Shown here: piece by piece, positions 21,118 to 28,456 of the stretch
Numbering within the stretch: the first letter of the stretch is position 1
Layout of the letters: each line of letters starts with the position of its first letter
Assembly (NCBI GenBank): GCA_963727815.1
Contig: CAVSGV010000001.1
Span: 12,055 to 76,054, forward strand
From: an uncultured bacterium
Lineage (GTDB): Bacteria; Margulisbacteria; WOR-1; CAVSGV01
DNA: 64,000 nt
Direction: 5' to 3'
Notes under the pieces: model-generated
Seen by the model: the letters and a program-made list of their open reading frames with translations, nothing else
Databases searched by the model: none
What the model was told of the DNA's origin: nothing
Translations under genes and position numbers: made by a program

Positions 21118-21353
21118 TCAAACCCCCTGTTCCTTTAATGCGTCAAGAGTTCTTCTGGGTAGATAATAATGGCTATCATAATAATCGTAATTATGAAAGT
21201 TCTCAAGGACAGCACCGCCAACATTTTGTCCTTCTTTCCCTCCATACCAATACCCACCCCATTCATAAGGTGGAAAGGGAGATGATGAGGCGACGAGATG
21301 ATGAGGCGAAGCGGCGCGAAAACACAGAAGCAAGGAACCCCTATCCTTCTCAT
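21118..21353 (-). pseudogene. Array member N2: NlpC/P60 remnant lacking the catalytic core
   Basis: The frame 21118..21333 reads ...SPHHLVASSSPFPPYEWGGYWYGGKEGQNVGGA, then jumps directly to a C-terminal tail (VLENFHNYDYYDSHYYLPRR...). The roughly 110 aa holding DCSGLV and EHVV are missing. The unit's ATG (21353) is in a different frame. Confidence 0.75.
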
Positions 21354-21372
21354 TGGCTTGCTTACCTCTTTA

Positions 21373-22866
21373 TTACTCGCCGCGAATCCTTATTACAGCA
21401 GTTTCTGACGACCCTATATTCTCCGCGTTATCCACCGCGAATGCTTTAATCACTGTGGTTCCTTCCTCACTTATCGTAATGGTCGCTTCGGTAGTGGCCA
21501 ATACCTCTTCCGCCGATACCGCACCAGTAAGCAAGTAATGCAATTCTTTCACTCCAGACCCCCATTCATTGTCCTTCGCGGTCAAAATGGCCTGAACTGC
21601 CCCCATATACCACTTATCTTTGTCCTTATGTTGATTTTTATCATCCTTATCCTTGTCATGTCCCTTATTGTCTTGATCCGTCTTCCCCATTTTGTCGTGT
21701 TCGTTGCCCTTATCCTTGTCGTTGTCTAAACGTTCCGGCTTAATGGCTATATCCACTTCTGGAGATATTGTGTCTGTCTTTACCTTCATCACATCCAGAT
21801 GGTCGGCATAGAATTGGAGATAATAGACATTCTGATAAGTGTCTACCTGGATAGTTTTACCTAGCCCGATTGGATAACCCGGGAAATTTGTCTGAAAAAC
21901 TAATTTGCCTTCTTGATCAAACTTATAAATATAATAATCGTCTGGAATTACCAATACATTATCTATTAGCTTCATCCTTTGAGTGCGATCGCGGATTACA
22001 GCTGCCGTTGCATATATATTTCCCTCAAGGTCAACCCCCCAATCATACACATCACGATAATTACTATAATGAGTAAATTCATAAGGCAAAGAAATTTTGA
22101 CTTTTCGAGCCAACTTATTTCCTGAATCAATTATTTGCACATCGGCGCCAGAAGTATAATCCCCGACATATTTCTCGCCAAACATTACTGTACCAAACAA
22201 GTTGCCTTTAGAATAAATCGGGGAAAAAACATAGTAATTACCATTCTTATCCAGATGACAACTAGGGACTTCTCCAAGCAAACTTCCATTTTGATCGAGT
22301 TTAAAGCACTTTATTCCAGCTGTCTTGTCTTGAGCATTCGCCCTATAATATACCTCAAAATACACATTGCCTTGCGCATCCACATTAATTCCCTCTGCAT
22401 TTACTCCCTCATAACGCTTGTCTTGAGCAAACAGGTCAGGCAATGATTTAATCCACATCAACACCCCATCTTTATTTAATTTAATGATCTGATCGTAATG
22501 GCCTGTTGGATGCGGAACTATTGCATATACGTTTTCTTCAGCGTCAATCCATGAACATGTTTTCATCCCTTTCAATAGCTGATTATCTGGGGGTGTTACT
22601 TTACTAATAAATTCCCCCTTCATATTAAATTTTTGCAAATCAATAAATACATCATTTAAGCTGCCATCCGCCGAAAACCATCCAGGACCCGTTGCTCCGC
22701 TATGTTCCTTAACATTTGGACTGGGAATATACATAGATACTTGGCCATCCCCGTCTCCATAAGGTAATGAAAAGAGCAAATCTTGGGCAAACACGACCTG
22801 CGGCAATAAAAGACCCAAAACAATGAAAAATAATCCAAAAATTGTCTTACACGTTTGTTTTACCAT
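21373..22866 (-). CDS. Array member P2: secreted propeller-like/Ig-like protein
   Basis: 497 aa with signal peptide MVKQTCKTIFGLFFIVLGLLLPQVVFA/QD. It has the same architecture as the other P members. This is the most diverged copy of the conserved C-terminal module, with linker KDKGNEHDKMGKTDQDNKGHDKDKDDKNQHKDKDKW. Confidence 0.88.
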   Translation of the reverse strand: MVKQTCKTIFGLFFIVLGLLLPQVVFAQDLLFSLPYGDGDGQVSMYIPSPNVKEHSGATGPGWFSADGSLNDVFIDLQKFNMKGEFISKVTPPDNQLLKGMKTCSWIDAEENVYAIVPHPTGHYDQIIKLNKDGVLMWIKSLPDLFAQDKRYEGVNAEGINVDAQGNVYFEVYYRANAQDKTAGIKCFKLDQNGSLLGEVPSCHLDKNGNYYVFSPIYSKGNLFGTVMFGEKYVGDYTSGADVQIIDSGNKLARKVKISLPYEFTHYSNYRDVYDWGVDLEGNIYATAAVIRDRTQRMKLIDNVLVIPDDYYIYKFDQEGKLVFQTNFPGYPIGLGKTIQVDTYQNVYYLQFYADHLDVMKVKTDTISPEVDIAIKPERLDNDKDKGNEHDKMGKTDQDNKGHDKDKDDKNQHKDKDKWYMGAVQAILTAKDNEWGSGVKELHYLLTGAVSAEEVLATTEATITISEEGTTVIKAFAVDNAENIGSSETAVIRIRGE

Positions 22867-22886
22867 TTTTTCCTCCCGTTTTAACG

Positions 22887-23408
22887 CTAACGTCTAACTA
22901 ATCTTCTGGTTTCATAATCATTATCTAGATAATATTTAAGGTTGTTTTGAAAGTTATCGTTTTTAATGACAGCGACACCATTCAAAAAGAGTAATCCTTC
23001 TTTTTTGGAAATACGATCCTCAGAAGAAATGACCTCAATTTTATCGGGAACCCCTCGAGTAATTGTGTCTATATTAAAAAGGGTTACAACATGTTCTCCT
23101 GGTTTCAGCAAAATATCCCCTGGCTGTAAAGTTCTTGGATCAATACTTGTAGAATAAAATTCATTTGTTAACGTTGACGTAGTAGCCCTCCATGGATGCC
23201 AATTATACCCCGCCCGTAATGCCCCATTGCTGACAAGCCCGGAACAATCCATCCCATATCCTTCATATGCATTATGCCCTCCGACGTTAACCCCTTCTTT
23301 CCCGCCAAACCAATATCCGCCCCATTCATAAGGTGGAAAGGGAGATGATGAGGCGATGAGATGACGAGGTGCAGACGCAGGCAAGGGAAGAACCCCAGAC
23401 ATTTTCAT
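22887..23408 (-). CDS. Array member N1: small NlpC/P60-family peptidase, no signal peptide
   Basis: 173 aa: MKMSGVLPLPASAPRHLIASSSPFPPYEWGGYWFGG...GYGMDCSGLVS...GEHVVTLFN. Confidence 0.85.
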   Translation of the reverse strand: MKMSGVLPLPASAPRHLIASSSPFPPYEWGGYWFGGKEGVNVGGHNAYEGYGMDCSGLVSNGALRAGYNWHPWRATTSTLTNEFYSTSIDPRTLQPGDILLKPGEHVVTLFNIDTITRGVPDKIEVISSEDRISKKEGLLFLNGVAVIKNDNFQNNLKYYLDNDYETRRLVRR

Positions 23409-23424
23409 ATGGATATGACCTTCT

Positions 23425-24873
23425 TTATTTCTTGCCGCGGATCCTTATTGTTGCAGTTTCAGATGACCCTATATTCTCAGCATAATCCACCGCATATGCT
23501 TTTATTACCGTGGTACCTTCAGTGCTTATTGCAAATGTCGCCTCGCTTGTCGTAAGCACTTCCTCTGCCGAAACAGCTCCCGTTAATGAATAGTGCAATT
23601 CTTTCACTCCAGAACCCCATTCATTGTCCCTGGCGGTCAAAATGGCCTGAACTGCACCTATATACCACTCGTCTTTGTCCTTATGCGGCTTTTTATCGTT
23701 CTTGTCTTTGTTTTGCTTTCCCCTGTCGTCCTTATCCTTGTCGTTGTCTAAACGTTCCGGCTTAATGGCTATATCCACTTCTGGAGATATTGTGTCGGTC
23801 TTGACCTTCATCACATCCAGATGATCGGCGTAGAATTGGAGATAGTAAACGTTCTGGGCGTCATCAATTTGAACGACTTTCCGTGTCCCTATTGGATAAC
23901 CATCAATTTTAGCTTTGAATTCAAGATGGCCTTTTTGGTTGAATTTGTAAACATAATAGTCATCCGAAATTTCGAACACATCCCCAACAATATGGGACCA
24001 TAAACTCTTATCTCTTGTGATATTGGCAACCGCATAAACATTACCCGCTGGGTCTACATTCCATTGTGACACTGTACGGAAATAGCTAGATTGTTTATAT
24101 TCAGCGGGAAGGTCAACAACAATCTTCTTGGTAAGATGGTTCTGTTGATCATAAACCTCAACATTAGCTCCAGATACGTAATCGCCATGGTATTTATCCC
24201 CAAAAAGTACAGTGCCATATAATTTACCAGTTGAATAAACTGGATTAAAAACAAAATAATCCTCTGCTTTATCTAAATAACAACTAGGCACTTCCCCCAG
24301 TAAATTTCCACCGCTGTCCAGCTTAAGATACTTTTCATCAACAGTTTGATTTACTGAATTCGCACGAAAATCAGTTTGCATATATATATTTCCTTGAGTG
24401 TCCACATAAAAGCCTTCTCCAACATCTTCATAGCGTTTATCCTGAGCTACTATGTCCAGCAGGGATCTTGCCCATATTATTGACCCATATTTACTTATTT
24501 TCGCCACATTATCATATCCATTCAATGGATGCTTCATAACAGAATAAATATTCCCGTCATTATCCACAAAACAACTTGACCGCATATATTTAAATATAGG
24601 ATCATTCGGCGGTTGAATCTTACCAATAAATTCTCCGTTAAGGCTAAACATTTTCAGGTCAATATATGCTTTGTCATTATTAGCATCAACAAAAAACCAT
24701 CCCGGTCCCGCAGCCTCGCCTGCATCTTCAAGATTCGGATTTGGAATAAACATATAAATTTGCGCATCCTGTTGCCCATACGGGACGGAAAAAAGCACTC
24801 CCTGGCCAAATAGTTTATTCGGTATAAGTAATAAACACACAATTAATACCAGAATACAAAGATCCTTTTTCAT
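23425..24873 (-). CDS. Array member P1: secreted propeller-like/Ig-like protein
   Basis: 482 aa with signal peptide MKKDLCILVLIVCLLLIPNKLFG/QG, a propeller-like region, a shorter Lys/Asp linker and the conserved Ig-like C-terminus (...DNEWGSGVKELHYSLTG...AVDYAENIGSSETATIRIRGKK). Confidence 0.88.
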   Translation of the reverse strand: MKKDLCILVLIVCLLLIPNKLFGQGVLFSVPYGQQDAQIYMFIPNPNLEDAGEAAGPGWFFVDANNDKAYIDLKMFSLNGEFIGKIQPPNDPIFKYMRSSCFVDNDGNIYSVMKHPLNGYDNVAKISKYGSIIWARSLLDIVAQDKRYEDVGEGFYVDTQGNIYMQTDFRANSVNQTVDEKYLKLDSGGNLLGEVPSCYLDKAEDYFVFNPVYSTGKLYGTVLFGDKYHGDYVSGANVEVYDQQNHLTKKIVVDLPAEYKQSSYFRTVSQWNVDPAGNVYAVANITRDKSLWSHIVGDVFEISDDYYVYKFNQKGHLEFKAKIDGYPIGTRKVVQIDDAQNVYYLQFYADHLDVMKVKTDTISPEVDIAIKPERLDNDKDKDDRGKQNKDKNDKKPHKDKDEWYIGAVQAILTARDNEWGSGVKELHYSLTGAVSAEEVLTTSEATFAISTEGTTVIKAYAVDYAENIGSSETATIRIRGKK

Positions 24874-24883
24874 ATAGCCCCTC

Positions 24884-26953
24884 CTAATGTTTTACGAGTC
24901 TTCTAATTTGATATTTACTGTATTTCCCAAAGTGATCCGTAAAGACTGCCACTCCGTTCGGGATAGAAACATCTTCTCTGGCCAAATAATCCCCTTCTGA
25001 GTCGATGAGCATGATTTTATCCGGTATCCCGTGCAAATAACTCTTTATACCATATATTGTAACGACATGTTCTCCAGGCCAAACCAAAATATCGCCAGGT
25101 TGAATGTTCCTTGGATCAACACTTATTGAATAATAGTTGTCAGCCAAAGTTGTTGTTTTGACGCGCCACCCACGCCAATTATATCCTGCCCTCAACGCTC
25201 CAACACAAACCAACCCAGAACAATCTATTCCGTATCCATCATAAGTTTCAGCACCGCCAACATTTTGTCCTTCTTTCCCTCCATACCAATACCCACCCCA
25301 CTCATAAGGGACTCCGCTATAAGTGGTCAGCCATTTAATATAATTTGTACCCCAATGATCTGATGGTGCAGTATTGTCCAAAACACTGATCCTTGAAGAA
25401 TATTCAGAGGTGGCAGATACTACAGATTGCCCGCTTAATGAAACAGTGACTTTAAGTCTTTGGTTCCCTGAGGAAAAAATAATATTGTCAGCCCCCCATG
25501 AAGTTAGGACATTATTTGCAGCTTCGTCATACCAGTAATTCCTATTATATGTATCACCTATACTGTCACTGCCGCGATGGATCAAATTCTTCCATTCAAA
25601 AACCGGCTGCGGCCAGGTGGAAGGCCATTTGTATATTACCGGCGCCTCGGTGGTGCTTAAGACTGGAACTTTCAGAACAGGCGGGCTGATCCCGGCCTGC
25701 GCTCCCTCACTGCCGGTAGCGAACCACTTCCCATCGTTCACCACTTCATCTTGAGTTTGCTGAGTATATGCCCTCACTTCACCGCTCCCATCATCTGCCC
25801 ATACTATAGCACGAACGGTCACCAGCGTATCTGTTGTGGGATATCCTGCAACGGGTAAGCCATAGGTCGACGTTCCGTGGCGGTAATAGATACCGACTTT
25901 TTTAAGGGGAGATTCTTTTTTGGGAGTAGCTAAAAATATCTGCTCGCTAGTCCCGCAGTAGCTATCCCAGCCTATTTCGCCATTATTCATAACAGGATCA
26001 TAACTCCAAAGAATGGGAAACTCACTATAAACTTTCGCGTTGGTAATTTGCGTGGTCTGACCGCTATCATATAAAAATATATCCACGTGATATCCGCCAG
26101 AATAATTATGGCTCTCCCAGACTAATTTCCCATCATTATCTAAGCAGGGAAAATAATTCTGTAGAGCATTATTGGTGATCGGCTTGGGCTGACCGCCGTC
26201 ATATAAATATATCTGATAGGAACCTCCTGGAGAATAACCGGCCCAGGCTATTTTGCCGTTATTTATATTGACATCCCAATTATAGGCGGTTGTATTAGGA
26301 TCCGAAATTTGTCTCACCTCAGGACTGGCATTTGGATCATATAAATATATATTATAGCCATTGCCATCGTAGCCAGACCAGGCTACTTGGCCGTTATTTA
26401 TGCAAGGGCTTCTATTATCGATAGTATTATAAGGATTGGGAACTGGTATAACCTCAGGACTGGCATTAGGATTATATAAATATATCTGGTAGGTATTGCC
26501 ATCGTAGCCAGACCAGGCTATTTGGCCGTTACTTATGCTGGGGAAAAAATTATCGTAACCACTATTGGAGATCGGTATGGGCTGACCACCATCATATAAA
26601 AATATCTGATCGTTATTGCCATCAAAGCTATGCCAGACAACCTGGCCGTTACTTATTTTGGGATGAGGGCTATTGTAATTGTTGGGATTATTTGTAAAAT
26701 TGCCGATCGGTTTAATTTGGTGGCCATCATACAAATAAAACAATCCACTGCCATCGGGGGTTTGAGTATACCAGGCTATTTGGCCGTTACTTATACTGGG
26801 GAAATAATTATTGTACTCATTATTTGTAAATTGAGTAACTGCATATTCAACCGCCCAGACTTTGATCGCGGACAAGAAAAAGCAACAAAAGACAATAAAA
26901 ATGCTGATAAAAACTTTATTTCTCAGAACACGATCTTTACAATTTGATAACAT
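24884..26953 (-). CDS. Array member F0: secreted 7-repeat (propeller-like) protein fused to a C-terminal NlpC/P60 peptidase domain
   Basis: 689 aa with signal/anchor ...FISIFIVFCCFFLSAIKVWA/VE. There are seven repeats of about 45 aa of the type P-x-I-S-N-G-Q-I-A-W...Y-Q-I-Y-L-Y-D. The C-terminus is VPYEWGGYWYGGKEGQNVGGAETYDGYGIDCSGLVCVG...PGEHVVTIYG. Confidence 0.88.
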   Translation of the reverse strand: MLSNCKDRVLRNKVFISIFIVFCCFFLSAIKVWAVEYAVTQFTNNEYNNYFPSISNGQIAWYTQTPDGSGLFYLYDGHQIKPIGNFTNNPNNYNSPHPKISNGQVVWHSFDGNNDQIFLYDGGQPIPISNSGYDNFFPSISNGQIAWSGYDGNTYQIYLYNPNASPEVIPVPNPYNTIDNRSPCINNGQVAWSGYDGNGYNIYLYDPNASPEVRQISDPNTTAYNWDVNINNGKIAWAGYSPGGSYQIYLYDGGQPKPITNNALQNYFPCLDNDGKLVWESHNYSGGYHVDIFLYDSGQTTQITNAKVYSEFPILWSYDPVMNNGEIGWDSYCGTSEQIFLATPKKESPLKKVGIYYRHGTSTYGLPVAGYPTTDTLVTVRAIVWADDGSGEVRAYTQQTQDEVVNDGKWFATGSEGAQAGISPPVLKVPVLSTTEAPVIYKWPSTWPQPVFEWKNLIHRGSDSIGDTYNRNYWYDEAANNVLTSWGADNIIFSSGNQRLKVTVSLSGQSVVSATSEYSSRISVLDNTAPSDHWGTNYIKWLTTYSGVPYEWGGYWYGGKEGQNVGGAETYDGYGIDCSGLVCVGALRAGYNWRGWRVKTTTLADNYYSISVDPRNIQPGDILVWPGEHVVTIYGIKSYLHGIPDKIMLIDSEGDYLAREDVSIPNGVAVFTDHFGKYSKYQIRRLVKH

Positions 26954-26970
26954 CTTATTATTTCTGACCT

Positions 26971-28329
26971 TTATTCAACGTTCAATACCAAGCTTTCTTC
27001 TTTTGCTCCCCATTTGGCCAAGGCATATACTCGAGCAATAAGTTCATATTGTCCTAGTTGGGTGACCTTAACCCGGAATGTAAATTCTTTAGTCGTACCC
27101 CCTTTTAATGGTCCCAGGTATAATACTACAGCATTCACGTACATCGAGACTTTCTGTGCTTTACTCCTTCCCTCAAAATTGGGACGAATAAAAGTTCCTG
27201 TCTCTTCTACAGGCTCTATTCCTACGGGCAAGAGACAGCTTATCTCCGCTTGCATATCCTGTGGTATGGTTACTACGAGTTGCAAGATCGCTTCTTCACT
27301 CACTTTGGGAGTATTTGCCAGACTGAATTGAATACTTACGGGAGATGGTAACGGTCCTTTCACGCTTGTTGAAACCGTCGGTGCAGCATTGGCCGTCACA
27401 GAGGTCGTATTTGTTTCTACTGTCACACTGATCGTACTTGATTCACTTTCAACACTTATATTTCCTGGCGCTGCAATTTCGCCCGTATTCACAACGGTTT
27501 CTTGACTTCCAGGAATCCCTGTGGAGATTGATTCTACTGTTGCAACTTTGTTAGCTGTCGACTCGCTCACGCCTGCGGGAGTAACATTGCCTGTTACATT
27601 AATTGCGCCAGGTGTTTCAATTGAAATTGTATTCGTAATCGGCACCTGATTTTCCGCAGTTCCTGATTCTACCGTAGTACTTTTATTCTCAACAACTTCT
27701 ACTGAAACTGCCGGCGCAATATTGCTGATCGCAGGAACTACAGCAGGCATACTGACTACACTCGTATTTACAACCGGAGATTGATTCACATTAGCGCCTG
27801 ATTCTGCCGTCGCACTTTTATTTTCAACAACTTCTACTGAAACTGCCGGCACGACATTATTGATCACGGGAACTGAAGCGGGCGCACTAACCGTACTCGT
27901 ATTTACGATCGGCGATTGATTCACATTAGCGCCTGATTCTACAGTTGCACTCTTGTTCTCAACAACTTCTGCTGAAACTGCCGGCACAACATTGTTGATC
28001 ACAGGAACTGCAGCAGGCACGCTGACCACGCTCGTATTAACGATCGGCATTGGATTTACTGGGCTTGTTATGGCTCCTCCTGCCGGTTTTGTTACAGCCG
28101 TTGCTCCGGCTGGAGTAACAGTGCCGGTCACGCCTATCGCGGCTGGAATACTTACCGCATTTGAATTCCCAACTGGGATTTGATTCGTAGCACCCGCGGG
28201 ATTTGCTTCTGCTGTTACGTTATTGCTGCCAACCACTTCCGAACTGAGCTCCTGGGCAATTCCATAAGAAGAGAATGTTATACAGATGAGCCCGGCAAGA
28301 AGAATATTTGAAACGATCTTTTTAAGCAT
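26971..28329 (-). CDS. Array member R0: secreted Val/Asn/Ser/Thr-rich tandem-repeat protein with a beta-sandwich-like C-terminal domain
   Basis: 452 aa with signal peptide MLKKIVSNILLAGLICITFSSYGIA/QE. It has three near-identical 45-aa repeats and one degenerate repeat. The ~110-aa C-terminal domain resembles CARDB/DUF11-type folds; this is inference from its pattern of alternating hydrophobics. Confidence 0.8.
   Translation of the reverse strand: MLKKIVSNILLAGLICITFSSYGIAQELSSEVVGSNNVTAEANPAGATNQIPVGNSNAVSIPAAIGVTGTVTPAGATAVTKPAGGAITSPVNPMPIVNTSVVSVPAAVPVINNVVPAVSAEVVENKSATVESGANVNQSPIVNTSTVSAPASVPVINNVVPAVSVEVVENKSATAESGANVNQSPVVNTSVVSMPAVVPAISNIAPAVSVEVVENKSTTVESGTAENQVPITNTISIETPGAINVTGNVTPAGVSESTANKVATVESISTGIPGSQETVVNTGEIAAPGNISVESESSTISVTVETNTTSVTANAAPTVSTSVKGPLPSPVSIQFSLANTPKVSEEAILQLVVTIPQDMQAEISCLLPVGIEPVEETGTFIRPNFEGRSKAQKVSMYVNAVVLYLGPLKGGTTKEFTFRVKVTQLGQYELIARVYALAKWGAKEESLVLNVE
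27643..28047 (-). repeat. Coding tandem repeat, 3 x 135 bp (plus a degenerate 4th copy down to about 27505)
   Basis: The string AACAACTTCTRCTGAAACTGCCGGC recurs at 27691, 27826 and 27961, a period of 135 nt. The protein unit is P(I/V)VNTS.VS.PA.VP.I.N..PAVS.EVVENKS.T.ESG...NQ. Confidence 0.85.
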
Positions 28330-28379
28330 TTTATTTATTCCCTGATCTTTTTGACCTTGAGAATTTCCGGCGTTTTAAC

Positions 28380-28408
28380 AATGGATCATCAAAAAACCAT
28401 GATCCATT
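28380..28408. promoter_or_regulatory. Perfect 10-bp palindrome upstream of the array (possible operator or 5'-UTR hairpin)
   Basis: AATGGATCAT-caaaaaacc-ATGATCCATT, lying 51-79 nt upstream of the R0 start codon in the trxA/array divergent spacer. Confidence 0.3.
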
Positions 28409-28456
28409 TACGGCGTCACGATAACACAACTCCCCGACTAATCAACTACTTCTTAC

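Noticed and set aside
15092-24873. The conserved-versus-variable pattern in the paralogues suggested a diversity-generating retroelement or similar targeted hypermutation system.
   Set aside because: There is no reverse transcriptase gene and no template/variable repeat pair with adenine-specific differences. Variability spans whole domains with indels, which fits paralogue divergence plus recombination instead.
27505-28047. Regular 135-bp repeats that could be mistaken for a CRISPR-like or satellite array.
   Set aside because: The repeats are contiguous with no unique spacers. They are in frame within a long ORF with a signal peptide, and they encode a 45-aa protein repeat.
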